A stretch of 63,983 bases of DNA, the filler included, from a bacterium (GTDB taxonomy: Bacteria; JADJOY01): NCBI GenBank assembly GCA_046331705.1. It is 3 parts of 3 records of this genome, joined end to end, with 100 filler letters (N's around TTAATTAATTAA, not from the genome) between each part and the next. Parts side by side here need not be neighbours in the genome. Positions count along the whole stretch, not along the records: positions 24,995 to 49,531 come from JAXLQJ010000081.1; positions 49,632 to 63,983 come from JAXLQJ010000100.1; 1 more part is not named here. One strand, given 5' to 3'. This document shows, piece after piece, positions 47,438 to 57,310 of this stretch (position 1 is its first letter; each line of letters starts with the position of its first letter). The translations under genes were made by a program, and so were the position numbers. The notes below the pieces were generated by a model. It saw only the letters and a list, made by a program, of their open reading frames with translations, did not search any database and was not told the origin of the DNA.

Positions 47438-47926
47438 ATGCGCGTGATCCTGATGGAAGACATCGACACCCTCGGCAAGGCTGGAGCGGTGGTCAACGTG
47501 AAGCCAGGCTACGCCCGCAACTTCCTGTTGCCACGGCGCCTCGCCGCGGAAGCCACCGAAGGCAGCCTGCGCCTGCTCGAGCACCAGAAGCGCGTGGTGG
47601 CGGCACGCCACGCCCGGATCGTGAAGGAGGCGCAAGGGCAAGCCGATGCGCTCGCCGGCGTCGCGCTCAGCTTCGAGCGCCAGGCGGGCGGCGAGGGGCG
47701 ACTGTTCGGTTCCGTCACGTCCATCGACATCCACCGCGAGCTCGAGGCACGTGGGCACAAGATCGACCGCAAGCGGATCCATCTGGTCGACCCGCTCAAG
47801 GCGCTGGGCGATTTCGAGGTTCCCGTGAAGCTCGCGTCCGGCATCATCGCGAAGCTCAAGGTGACCGTCCTGCCGCTCGGCGGTGCCCCGGCCGCCCGCG
47901 TGAGCGAGCCGAGCCCGGCCGCCTGA
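47438..47926 (+). CDS. rplI: 50S ribosomal protein L9
   Basis: MRVIL, VKPGYARNFLLP, RLFGSVT. Confidence 0.97.
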   Translation: MRVILMEDIDTLGKAGAVVNVKPGYARNFLLPRRLAAEATEGSLRLLEHQKRVVAARHARIVKEAQGQADALAGVALSFERQAGGEGRLFGSVTSIDIHRELEARGHKIDRKRIHLVDPLKALGDFEVPVKLASGIIAKLKVTVLPLGGAPAARVSEPSPAA

Positions 47927-47933
47927 GTCGCGG

Positions 47934-49403
47934 GTGGGATCGGCGGTGGCGCGCAATTCCTCGCCGCGTTCACCGGCGCCGCAGGGCACGGCCGTCTCGC
48001 ACTCCCGGGTCCCTCCGCACAGCCTCGAGGCCGAGACCGCCGTCCTGGGCGGGGTCTTGCTCGACAACGAGGCGATCGACCACGTCCAGGAACACCTGAT
48101 TCCGGACGACTTCTACAAGCCCGCGCACGCGAAGATCTTCGAAGCGATGCTCACGCTGAGGGATCGGCGTGAGCCCACCGACATCATCACGCTCACCGAG
48201 ACGCTGCGGCGTCAGTCGGTGCTCGAGGAAGTGGGTGGCGCGAGCTACCTGTCCTGGCTCGCCGACACGGTTCCGTCGGCGGCCAACATCCTGAGCTACG
48301 TCAAGATCGTGAAGGAGCGCGCGCTGCTGCGCAAGGTGATCCGCGTGTCGTCGGAGATCGCGCAGCGCGGCTACGAGGACGTTGCGGATCTCGAGACCTT
48401 CCTCAACGATTCCGAGCGCGCGTTCTTCGAGATCGCCAACGATCGCGTGAAGCCTTCCTATCATCCGCTCTCCAAGGTCATGAAGGAGAGCTTCCGGATG
48501 ATCGAGGGCATCGTCGATCACGGCGGTCAAGCCACCGGCGTGCCGACCGGCTACCGCAAGCTCGACGAGCAGACCTGCGGCCTGCAGAAGTCCGACCTCG
48601 TCATCGTCGCGGGCCGCCCCAGCATGGGCAAGACCAGTCTCGCGATGGGGATCGCCGCGCATGCCTGCATCCGGGAAGGGATCCCGGTCGCGGTGTTCTC
48701 GCTCGAGATGAGCAAGGTCCAGCTCGGCATGCGCCTGCTGACCGCCGAAGCCGGGATCGACGCGTGGAAGATCCGCCGCGGCATGATGCGCGAGGAGGAC
48801 TGGCTGAAGCTCATCCGCTCCGCGGACGAGCTCAGCAAGGCGCCGATGTACATCGACGACACCGCGGCGCTGTCGGTCCTCGAGCTCAACGCCAAGGCGC
48901 GTCGGCTCAAGCGCGAGCACGACATCGGGCTGATCGTGATCGACTATCTCCAGCTCATGCGCGGACGCACCAACACCCGCTACGACTCGCGCGAGAAGGA
49001 GATCAGCGAGATCAGCCAGTCGCTCAAGGCGATCGCGAAGGAGCTCGATCTGCCGGTGATCGCGTTGAGCCAGCTCAATCGCCGCGTCGAGGAGCGCAAC
49101 GATCGCCGCCCGATGCTCTCGGACTTGCGAGAATCCGGCGCGATCGAGCAAGACGCCGACGTGATCATGTTTCTGTACCGCGAGGAGTTCTACAAGCCGG
49201 CGACCGACAAGAAGGGCGTCGCCGAGGTGATCATCGGCAAGCAGCGTAACGGTCCCACGGGCACGGTGGAGCTCGCGTTCATCAAGGAGCGCTCGACCTT
49301 CGCCGATCTCGAGCTCGGCTACGAGGACGGCTCGATCCCCGAGCTGCCCGGTGAGGATCTGCCGGCACTTCCTCCTGGCTTCGACGAAGGTCCGCCGTTC
49401 TGA
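47934..49403 (+). CDS. dnaB: Replicative DNA helicase
   Basis: PPHSLEAE, GRPSMGKT, IDYLQLM, LSQLNR, DLRESGAIEQDAD, KQRNGPTG. Start may be 47946. Confidence 0.98.
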   Translation: MGSAVARNSSPRSPAPQGTAVSHSRVPPHSLEAETAVLGGVLLDNEAIDHVQEHLIPDDFYKPAHAKIFEAMLTLRDRREPTDIITLTETLRRQSVLEEVGGASYLSWLADTVPSAANILSYVKIVKERALLRKVIRVSSEIAQRGYEDVADLETFLNDSERAFFEIANDRVKPSYHPLSKVMKESFRMIEGIVDHGGQATGVPTGYRKLDEQTCGLQKSDLVIVAGRPSMGKTSLAMGIAAHACIREGIPVAVFSLEMSKVQLGMRLLTAEAGIDAWKIRRGMMREEDWLKLIRSADELSKAPMYIDDTAALSVLELNAKARRLKREHDIGLIVIDYLQLMRGRTNTRYDSREKEISEISQSLKAIAKELDLPVIALSQLNRRVEERNDRRPMLSDLRESGAIEQDADVIMFLYREEFYKPATDKKGVAEVIIGKQRNGPTGTVELAFIKERSTFADLELGYEDGSIPELPGEDLPALPPGFDEGPPF

Positions 49404-49531
49404 CGGTCGGGGTGGCGCCCGCGGCGTCTCGCCTTCCCCGTTTCACACCGAGCGCGTCGCTCGCCTGATTCGGGGGCGGCGTCGCCGCCGCCACGGCGCG
49501 ATCAGCGCCAGGACGGCGAGCGCATCGCCCA

Positions 49532-49631
49532 NNNNNNNNNNNNNNNNNNNNNNNNNNNNNNNNNNNNNNNNNNNNTTAATTAATTAANNNNNNNNNNNNN
49601 NNNNNNNNNNNNNNNNNNNNNNNNNNNNNNN
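49532..49631. other. Artificial contig linker
   Basis: N44-TTAATTAATTAA-N44. Confidence 0.97.
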
Positions 49632-50471
49632 TCGCTCGGCGGATCCGTATCGAGCATCAAGGTCGTCGGTCCTTCCGATGACGTCGATGCCTTGCTCGAG
49701 CGCGCCGCGAGAGCGTTCCTGGAGCAGCAAGCACCGTTGCTCATGGCTGTCTACTGGGCGGATGCAAGCCATCCCAGGAGGGAGGGCGAGACCCCGACGA
49801 GCCTGGAGCTCGTGGAGCGGGCGCTCGCCGATCGAGAACCCCGGAACGATCGGGAGGCATTCATCCTGTGGGGGTGGTTGCTCAGCCGTCAGGCGCGCTA
49901 CCTGGAGGCTGTCGACAAGTTTCAACTCGCTGAGCGTCGCGACGGCGCGAAGGACCCGATCCTCTACGACAACTGGGCCTGGGCGCTTCAGCAGCTGAAT
50001 CAGTTCGAGAAGGCCCAGGTGATGTATCGCAACACCCTCGCGATCGATCCCGAGAATCCCTACTCGAACAACCATCTCGCTCTGGCTCTCTATCAGCAGA
50101 GCGGAGACCTGCGCGACGCGCAGCGGCACTGTGAGCGCGCCATCGCGGCGAAGCCGACTTACGCGGAAGCGTGCGAACTGTGCGCGGCCATCGTCGTCCG
50201 GAGGCTACGCGAGAAGACCACGCCAGCGCCGACGCCCGCGGAGGCCGAGCAGGCGATGCGCCACGTGCGCCGCGCGATCGAGATCAATCCGAATCACTGC
50301 CCTTCGTACGACACGTTGGCTTGGTTGCGTTTTTTCAACGGAGAGAAGCGCGCTGCGGTCACAGAGCCGCTGCAACGCGGACTTGCGATGGATGCGTGCA
50401 AGTCGCCGGAACGCATCGCGGCCTTGAAGACTGATCTCGACTGGGCCCAGAAGTTGCCGGAGTTGCCTTGA
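49632..50471 (+). CDS. 3' part of the TPR protein begun at 24370
   Basis: Frame open from the contig start, TPR-like YDNWAWAL, LAIDPENP, AIAAKPTYAEA, AIEINP. Confidence 0.8.
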   Translation, partial: SLGGSVSSIKVVGPSDDVDALLERAARAFLEQQAPLLMAVYWADASHPRREGETPTSLELVERALADREPRNDREAFILWGWLLSRQARYLEAVDKFQLAERRDGAKDPILYDNWAWALQQLNQFEKAQVMYRNTLAIDPENPYSNNHLALALYQQSGDLRDAQRHCERAIAAKPTYAEACELCAAIVVRRLREKTTPAPTPAEAEQAMRHVRRAIEINPNHCPSYDTLAWLRFFNGEKRAAVTEPLQRGLAMDACKSPERIAALKTDLDWAQKLPELP

Positions 50472-50630
50472 CGTCTCACTCGCTGCGTTGCTGATCGCGG
50501 GCGCGTGTGGCGCGAGCTGGGGTCGCTCCACGTTCACGAGATCTCCGTCGCAGGTGACTCCGTGCGGTCGAAGCTGCGTCCGCTCTCCCAAGGACGTGCG
50601 CGGGGCACGCCGGCGGGCGCGGCGCGGGCG

Positions 50631-52244
50631 TCAGCGGATCGTGGCCAGTGCGGCGCCGGCCCAGTGCGGTTGGGGTTGGCGGCGGGCATGAACGATCAGC
50701 TTGAGCGCGACACCGAGTGCGGTGGGTGTCAGCACCGGCAGAAAGTTCTTCACGATGCGCTTGAAGTCGCGGCGCAGGATGCGGTCGAGCTTGTGGGTCT
50801 GCTCGCCGCGGGCGGCGTTGCCGATGGATGCGAAGAGCCGGGCAGGGCGGCTCGCGAACACGTTCAGGAAGAGCCAGAGGTAGAAGAAGAGCCGCACGAT
50901 CCGCAGCTCGTAGCCGCTCATCGCTGGGTTGTACGAGGCCTCCATGGTCACGTCGGCGACGAAGAGCGAGCGGTAGAACGCGTCGGTCAGCGTCACCTGG
51001 TTGGCCTCGCGCAGCTCCTGGAAGGATGGGCTGCCGGGAAGCGGCTGGAAGAGGCTCACCACGGCTTCGTCGAGCCCGGTGCGGGCGAGTCGCGCGGTGA
51101 GGCGGAAGGTGTCCACGACGTCGCCCCAGGTTTCGACGGGGAAGCCCACGACGAACGCGGCGGCCACGGTGAGCCCCGCGCTCTTCGCGTTGCGAACGGT
51201 GTCGAGCACCGAATCGACTCGCATCCGCTTGTCGATCCAGCTCATCACGCGTTCGGAGCCGGTCTCGGGTGAGATCTGCAAATAGACCAGCCCCGACCGC
51301 TTCGCACGTCGGAGCAAATCCTCGCTCAGCCGCTCGGCGCGAATCCCCGACGGCACCGACCACCGGATGCGCGGGGTGAGCGCGTCGAGGCGATCCACGA
51401 ACCCCTCGAACCAGCGCTGGCTGGTGGTCAGGCTCAGATCCGTGAACACGAAATGCTCGACGTCGTGCTCGGCGCGGTGGCGCTCGATCTGCTCGATCAC
51501 GACGTCGTGGGAGAGATAGCGCTGGCCTCCCCAGGTGCCGGGTGCGGTGCAGAACTGACAGCGGTACGGGCAGCCCCGGGTCGCGATCATCGGCAGGAAC
51601 CGCCCGTCCACGTTGACGCCGTGAACGCGGTTCCCTTCCCAGTAGGGCGTCAGCGCGATGCCGCGCCAGTCCGCGGCGGGGATCCGATCGGCGTCCGCGA
51701 AGCGGCCTTTCTCGCGCGGGTTCACCGCTTCCGCCGCGGGGTGTCGCACCGTGACCACGTTGGCGATGCCATCGAGCGAGCGTCCGGCCTCCACGCGATC
51801 GATCACGTCGAGCAGCGGCGCCTCTCCTTCGCCGACCACCACGGCGTCGAGCGCGGCCTCGCGCACGGCGACGTCCGCGATCCCCGTCATGCCTTCGCCA
51901 CCGGCCACGATCACGAGCTCGGGACGGCGGCGCCGGATCTCGCGAAGCAGCGCGCGCACCGGTGGATAGCTCTGGCTGAACATCATCGAGAGCCCGAGCA
52001 CCTGGGTGCGTGCGGGGATCCGCTCGATCAGCTCCTCGAAGCTCGGACCCTCGAGATGAAAGCCGTCTCCCCAGGTCCAATGGCGTTCGAAACCGAGACC
52101 CACGCCGTCGATCACCTCGGTCTCGTGTCCCGCGGCGCGGGTGCTGCCGGCGAGCAGCGCCAGCCGAAGGGGAGGCATGGTGTTGTTGCCGACGCTCGCT
52201 CCCATCACGGGGTCGAACGGCACCAGCAGCGTCACGTGGGCCAT
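50631..52244 (-). CDS. Cobalamin-binding radical SAM protein
   Basis: PPLRLALLA...GHE, AGG, VVGEGE, TRGCPYRCQFC, ETGS, VGFPVET, PLPGSP. Confidence 0.9.
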   Translation of the reverse strand: MAHVTLLVPFDPVMGASVGNNTMPPLRLALLAGSTRAAGHETEVIDGVGLGFERHWTWGDGFHLEGPSFEELIERIPARTQVLGLSMMFSQSYPPVRALLREIRRRRPELVIVAGGEGMTGIADVAVREAALDAVVVGEGEAPLLDVIDRVEAGRSLDGIANVVTVRHPAAEAVNPREKGRFADADRIPAADWRGIALTPYWEGNRVHGVNVDGRFLPMIATRGCPYRCQFCTAPGTWGGQRYLSHDVVIEQIERHRAEHDVEHFVFTDLSLTTSQRWFEGFVDRLDALTPRIRWSVPSGIRAERLSEDLLRRAKRSGLVYLQISPETGSERVMSWIDKRMRVDSVLDTVRNAKSAGLTVAAAFVVGFPVETWGDVVDTFRLTARLARTGLDEAVVSLFQPLPGSPSFQELREANQVTLTDAFYRSLFVADVTMEASYNPAMSGYELRIVRLFFYLWLFLNVFASRPARLFASIGNAARGEQTHKLDRILRRDFKRIVKNFLPVLTPTALGVALKLIVHARRQPQPHWAGAALATIR

Positions 52245-52288
52245 GTCGTCGACTCCGTCCTCGGCGTTCGGTTCGGTCGCACGGACGC

Positions 52289-53875
52289 TCAGGCGCTGGG
52301 TTGGACGACCAGCGGCGCGCTCGCGGGTGAGTCCGTCCGGAAGCGCTCGCCGAGCCAACGGCGGATCTCGGTGCGATAGAGGCGCGTGTAGCGCCGCGGC
52401 ATCGAGCGCACCGCGGGCCACGGACGGCGGTCGAGCCCCGTGGCGAAGCGAAATCGCTCGATCGCTTGATGACAGAGGCTCAGGACCACGTGCGGGAACG
52501 TGATCGTGAGCCCCAGCGTGGGCAGCCAGCGATAGGCGCGGTGCGCGAGCACCCAGCGGTTGAACGCGCGGGGCAGGAACAAGAGCAGCATCAAGAAGAG
52601 ATAGAGCTGGCGCTTCTCGCGCGGCGAGCTCGGATCGCCGCGGTAGTAGCTGCCGAGCTCGGCGCGCTCCGGCACGTGCTCGACCGCGTCGCGCGTCATC
52701 GCGCCCAGCGCCACCGCTTTGTCGACCATCTCCGTGCCGGGGTAGATCTGCAACCAGTAGAACTTGGCCGTGTCGGGCCGATGCTCGTTGTAGAACTCGG
52801 CCATGCGAACCAGATCGTCGTTGGTCTCGCCGGGCAGGTTGATGATGTTGTCCACGTCCACCCACACGCCCGCGGCGCGCAGCGCCCGGATGGCGTCGGC
52901 GATGCGCGCGTTGCTCTCGTGGCGGCGCAGCACGCCGCGGCGCAGCTCCTGGGTGAGCGTCTGAACGCCCATGTCGACCTTGGCGCAGCCCGCCAGCGCC
53001 AAGAGCCCGGCGATCTCGTCGTTCACGAAGTTCGGGTGGACGAGCGCCAGGAACGGCACGCCGATCTGGTCGCGATAGCGCGGCGCGAACTCGCGCAGCC
53101 ACTCGAGGTTCCAGGTGAAGATCTCGTCGCAGAACCACACCGCGCGATAGGGAATCGCGGCGTGCGCCGCGCCGAGCTCGGCCAGCAGATTGTCGACGCT
53201 GCGGGTCCGCAGGTAGCGCCCGCCGTGCTGATAGAGCGATTGCAGCCGATTCTCGATGCAGAACGTGCAGCGATACGCGCAGCCGCGGCTGGCGATGGCG
53301 AGATAGAGATCGTCCGGTGCCATCGGCGAGCCGCGAAAGAGCGTCTTGTCGGGAAACGGTATCGCGTCGAGGTCTTGCTCGAGCGCGCGCGGCGCGTTGG
53401 CGACCACCTGGCCGCGGGCGTCGCGCGCCCAGATGTTCGGGATGCGTGTGGTGTCCGTGCCGCGCTCGAGCGCGCGCGCCAGCTCCACGGCGGCGTCCTC
53501 GCCTTCGCCGACGCACGCGAAATCCACCACCGCCTCGGCCATCACCCGTTCGGGCGCCAGCGTGGGGTGGCTTCCGCCGGCGAGGATGGGGACTCCGAGG
53601 CGCTCGCGAATGGCGCCGGCGAGGTCGAGGAACCACGACCAGTTGTGGGTGAGCACGGAGAACGCGACCAGGTCGGGGCGTGACGCCGCGATGCGCTCGA
53701 GCACCTCGTCGCGTCGCGAGAAGAGCCGCCCGAGTGGCGCGATCGAGATCGCGCTGTCGCGAAAGAGTCGCGGATCGAAGACGAGCTGAGTCTCGTGCCC
53801 CGCGCGCCTGAGCGCCGCCGACACGTACTCGATCCCGAGTGCCTCGTACTCGGGGTAGACGAACGTCACGCGCAC
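52289..53875 (-). CDS. Cobalamin-binding radical SAM protein
   Basis: LGIEYVSAALRRAGH, GGSHPT, GEGE, SRGCAYRCTFC, DEIF, LPGET, YPGT. Confidence 0.9.
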   Translation of the reverse strand: MRVTFVYPEYEALGIEYVSAALRRAGHETQLVFDPRLFRDSAISIAPLGRLFSRRDEVLERIAASRPDLVAFSVLTHNWSWFLDLAGAIRERLGVPILAGGSHPTLAPERVMAEAVVDFACVGEGEDAAVELARALERGTDTTRIPNIWARDARGQVVANAPRALEQDLDAIPFPDKTLFRGSPMAPDDLYLAIASRGCAYRCTFCIENRLQSLYQHGGRYLRTRSVDNLLAELGAAHAAIPYRAVWFCDEIFTWNLEWLREFAPRYRDQIGVPFLALVHPNFVNDEIAGLLALAGCAKVDMGVQTLTQELRRGVLRRHESNARIADAIRALRAAGVWVDVDNIINLPGETNDDLVRMAEFYNEHRPDTAKFYWLQIYPGTEMVDKAVALGAMTRDAVEHVPERAELGSYYRGDPSSPREKRQLYLFLMLLLFLPRAFNRWVLAHRAYRWLPTLGLTITFPHVVLSLCHQAIERFRFATGLDRRPWPAVRSMPRRYTRLYRTEIRRWLGERFRTDSPASAPLVVQPSA

Positions 53876-54042
53876 GGCGGCAGAATACGGACGCGCTCTC
53901 CGACGGGTCAAGGCGACGGCCGGCAGCGCGAGCGTTGCTGGCCGTCGGGCGCGCGAGCCGCTCCTCGGCGCTGGGCGGCAGCGGGCGCGGCTCGGCGTGG
54001 GGCTCGCGTCTTCGCGCCGCCGCCAGGCTACGATGCGCCGCG

Positions 54043-55842
54043 ATGAAGTCGACCGAGCCGCGGAGCGCGTCACCGCGAGAGTCCCGCCGCGCGAGCCTGC
54101 GCGCACGGTTGGCCACGTTCGTGTGGCTGGCGTCGCTGGTGACCTCGCTCTTCCTGGCGATGTCGTGGGGCAAGGACGAGGGGCAGGCGTTCGGCCGGTG
54201 GCTCGCCGCGCGCGGAGTGTTGCCGATCGAGCTCGGTCTCGGGCTGGGATCGGTGCTGGGAATGGCCCTGGCGGCGACGGCGGCGCAGCTCCTCGGCGTG
54301 CAGCTCGCGGCGTTGGTTCGCGGGCGCGCGCCCGAGAGCACGCACGCCGGCGCGCACCTCTGGCGTCGCGACGTGGCGACGGCGCTCTACTGGGGGCTGC
54401 ACACCTTTCCGGCTTCGGGGCTCTATCTCGTCGCGTTGCCCGTGACGCGCTCGGCGCGTATCGGCCTCGCATCGCGCCGGCCCCGGCTCGCGACGGCGCT
54501 CGCCGTGCTCTACCTCGCAATCTTCGCGGTATTCCTCGTGGGGCTGATTCGCTGGGCGCCGTTCTTCGACGATGGCGAGGCGCTCTTCTTCGTCTCGTTC
54601 GCGATCGGGCTCGCGCTGGCGCTCGGATTTCGTCCGAGCGATCGCATGCGGACGCTGATCCTCGCGAGCGCGGTGCTGGCGCTCTACTTCACGATCGATC
54701 CGCCGCAGCAGGTCGATTTCGGGCCGCGTGCGTGGGTGGCGCTCGGGGTGCTGGCGCTGGGAGCGGGACCCGCGCGTCTGGCGGGCCGCGACGGCTGTCG
54801 GTCGATGGGAGTGGTCGGGCCGACGCTCGGCTTGCTGCTGCTCGGGCTGTGGACGTGGTGGGGCGAGTTCCTCATCTTTCCCTCGGTACGCGACGCCGAC
54901 GCGATCGGCGCCGGTGCCGGCGTCGAGATCGTCTATCGCAACGCCAGCGGCGGCGCCTGGTCGGACAACCGCTTTCTCGTGGAAGCGTGCGATCCGGATC
55001 GCCTGCTCTACGGTTCGCGCGAGATCGAGAACGGCATCGTGCGCCTCGTGGACGGCGCCGTTCGGCAACGGCTGCCGGTCCACACGGGCTACAACCTCGC
55101 GACCGATTGCGCGCGCGGCATCGGATACGTGGGCAATTACAGCGGCGGCCAGATCGATCGCATCGACCTCGCGACGCTGACGCTGCTGGCGCCGGTGCCC
55201 GAGGTGCGCATCGGCGGTCCGACTCTCATCCAGCTCTCACCCGACGCCGAACGGCTCTACGCGATCGACGACACCAACGGCCAGTTCCGGCGCATCGACC
55301 TCGCCTCCGGTCGCGCGGATCTCGAGCTTCGCGAATGCCTGCCCAACGGACTCTTCGTCGACGAGCGATTGGGCCGCGTCTACTTGCCGAGCTGCGGCTG
55401 GCTCGACGTCTACGACGCCGTCTCGGGGCAGACGTTGGCGCGCGTCGATCTACGCCGCGGCTTCGATCCGCCGTTTCCGCTCGGGCCGCATTTCCACCGC
55501 ATCACCGCCGATACCGAGCGCGGCAAGGCGTACGTCACGTATCTGGAGACCGGCCGCATCTATCGCGTGGACGGCGCCACCGGATCCCTCGAAGCCGAGG
55601 CGCTGCTCGGGCGGGGCCTTCGCGACGTCACCTGGGATGCGCGGAACGGCGTCGTGTGGATCGGGAACTACGTCACGGGCGACTTGCTCGCCGTCGATCC
55701 AGACTCGCTCGCGGTGCGCGGTCGCGTCCAAGTGGGGCGGCGCATCCGATCCATCGAGCCGAGCCTCGACGGCAAGCGCGTCTACGTGACCTCGGCTGTG
55801 GGTGGGATCGCCGTCGATGTTGGGACGGTCCTGGAGCGCTGA
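54043..55842 (+). CDS. Multi-TM protein with C-terminal YncE/YVTN-like beta-propeller
   Basis: About eight hydrophobic segments, then LSPDAERLY, GRVY, GKAYVT, SLDGKRVYVT repeats. Confidence 0.75.
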   Translation: MKSTEPRSASPRESRRASLRARLATFVWLASLVTSLFLAMSWGKDEGQAFGRWLAARGVLPIELGLGLGSVLGMALAATAAQLLGVQLAALVRGRAPESTHAGAHLWRRDVATALYWGLHTFPASGLYLVALPVTRSARIGLASRRPRLATALAVLYLAIFAVFLVGLIRWAPFFDDGEALFFVSFAIGLALALGFRPSDRMRTLILASAVLALYFTIDPPQQVDFGPRAWVALGVLALGAGPARLAGRDGCRSMGVVGPTLGLLLLGLWTWWGEFLIFPSVRDADAIGAGAGVEIVYRNASGGAWSDNRFLVEACDPDRLLYGSREIENGIVRLVDGAVRQRLPVHTGYNLATDCARGIGYVGNYSGGQIDRIDLATLTLLAPVPEVRIGGPTLIQLSPDAERLYAIDDTNGQFRRIDLASGRADLELRECLPNGLFVDERLGRVYLPSCGWLDVYDAVSGQTLARVDLRRGFDPPFPLGPHFHRITADTERGKAYVTYLETGRIYRVDGATGSLEAEALLGRGLRDVTWDARNGVVWIGNYVTGDLLAVDPDSLAVRGRVQVGRRIRSIEPSLDGKRVYVTSAVGGIAVDVGTVLER

Positions 55843-55884
55843 TTCCCGCGGCGCGGGGTTGTGCGAATCGCGAGCTGTATTACG

Positions 55885-56115
55885 ATGTCTTACGTGAAGT
55901 CGTCCAGCATCACCATTCGCCTCGATGATCAGCTCGTGCGCGAGCTCGACCGCGCATGCGCCCGCACCGGGCGCACGCGAAGCGATCTCGCTCGGGACGC
56001 GCTGCGGCGACAGCTCGCCCTACTTCGGTTCGAGCGCCTGCGGAAGCGCGTTCTTCCGCTCGCCGAGTCCCAGGGATACCTCACCGACGAGGACGTCTTT
56101 CGCGACGTCTCGTGA
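55885..56115 (+). CDS. CopG/RHH antitoxin
   Basis: ITIRLD..L..ELD.....GRTRSDLARDALR, GYLTDEDVF. Alternative GTG 55894. Confidence 0.88.
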   Translation: MSYVKSSSITIRLDDQLVRELDRACARTGRTRSDLARDALRRQLALLRFERLRKRVLPLAESQGYLTDEDVFRDVS

Positions 56116-56525
56116 AGGTCTTCTTCGACACCAACGTGCTGTTCGCCGCGTTCGCGACTCGCGGATCGTGCGCGGACCTGTTCTCGCACGTGCTGCTCGA
56201 GCACGAGCTGATCGTCGGTGAAGTCGTCATCGAAGAGCTTCGCGCAAAGCTTCGCCTCAAGGTCAAGCTCCCGAAGAAGGCGCTGGACGAGATCGAAGAC
56301 CTGCTTCGCGAACACGAAGTCGTTCCCAAGCCAACGAAGCATCTCGGGCTCGAGATCGCCGACGCCGACGACGAGTGGATCGTCGCTTCAGCCGTCGCTG
56401 GCGGCGCAGAGGTCCTCGTCACCGGCGACGCGGCTGTCCTCGAGGTTGCCAAGCGCTCGCCCATCCCGATCGTGAATCCACGTGGACTCTGGGATCTTCT
56501 GCGAGCCACCAACCCCGCGAAGTAG
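56112..56525 (+). CDS. PIN-domain toxin (VapC-like)
   Basis: GTGA overlap, VFFDTNVL, EEL, DADD, LVTGD. Confidence 0.9.
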   Translation: MKVFFDTNVLFAAFATRGSCADLFSHVLLEHELIVGEVVIEELRAKLRLKVKLPKKALDEIEDLLREHEVVPKPTKHLGLEIADADDEWIVASAVAGGAEVLVTGDAAVLEVAKRSPIPIVNPRGLWDLLRATNPAK

Positions 56526-56535
56526 TAACCGATCC

Positions 56536-56631
56536 GCCGAACAGCAAGCTCAGCATCGCGCCGCCGCTGACGACCACGAGATCCAGACGAGCGCTATCAC
56601 GCATGCCGTCTGCTGCAGCGTCGAGCTGGCG
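56536..56631 (-). repeat. Degenerate attC-like site 1
   Basis: Minus strand CGCCAGC-N5-GCTGCAGC...GCTGAGC-N5-GTTCGGC, starting right after the stop of 56633-57202. Confidence 0.55.
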
Positions 56632-56632
56632 C

Positions 56633-57202
56633 TCACCTTGGACGTCCAAGCCGGCTTCGAACGAGCGTGGCAGCGATGTGCATCGCGTAGGCAATGCTTG
56701 AATAGAAGGCGAAGTTTCCAAGATTCATGATCCCGTAAGCCTGCCGACTCGGCCCCAGTGCAGTCGCGAGTCCAGCCCCGGGCAGGATGGCGAGAAAGCG
56801 ACTGTCAAAGAGCACGAGCTCCGCCGGCGTCCAGGCGTGGGCATCGACCGTGGAGGGTGCAGAGCCCGTCCATCCGGGTGCTGCCACAGCGAAAGTGGCG
56901 CCAACGACCAGGCAAGTCACGCGGGGATGGGACCTGACAGCCTCTAGCATGAGCTGGGCCTGCTGAGGCCACGACATTTTCCAGAATGCAGAGTCGCGTC
57001 GCGACCAAAACACGGACGCGGCGAAGGAGCCGGCAAGCACCCCCGCAATGGTCCACCCAAGATGCTCCGCCCGCAGCGCGCCTGCGGGAAGGCCAACGTC
57101 GATGATGGAACACTCAAGACCTACCAGGCCGCCGAGTGTTGCGCCGACGCATAGCCACAATGCTCTAACGTGACGGAGCGAGCGGCGGCCAAGCTGGCTC
57201 AT
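56633..57202 (-). CDS. Hypothetical membrane protein, cassette-like
   Basis: GAGGA RBS, several hydrophobic segments, codon usage unlike neighbours, flanked by two related repeats. Confidence 0.55.
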   Translation of the reverse strand: MSQLGRRSLRHVRALWLCVGATLGGLVGLECSIIDVGLPAGALRAEHLGWTIAGVLAGSFAASVFWSRRDSAFWKMSWPQQAQLMLEAVRSHPRVTCLVVGATFAVAAPGWTGSAPSTVDAHAWTPAELVLFDSRFLAILPGAGLATALGPSRQAYGIMNLGNFAFYSSIAYAMHIAATLVRSRLGRPR

Positions 57203-57222
57203 CTGGTTCCTCGTTCATGTAG

Positions 57223-57310
57223 CGCGAACCGAGAGCTCAGCGGCAGCGCCGAACCACCACGAGCTCACGAACCCGGATCGGGTGCCGGCTGCTGCAGCGT
57301 CTTGGTCCTC
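57223..57310 (-). repeat. Degenerate attC-like site 2
   Basis: Minus strand GCTGCAGC...GCTGAGC-N5-GTTCGCG; an 18/19-nt block is shared with site 1. Confidence 0.5.

Noticed and set aside
50631..54341. 1236-aa ORF as one giant radical SAM protein
   Set aside because: Only the last 537 aa look coding; the upstream part is an off-frame read of the neighbouring radical SAM gene.
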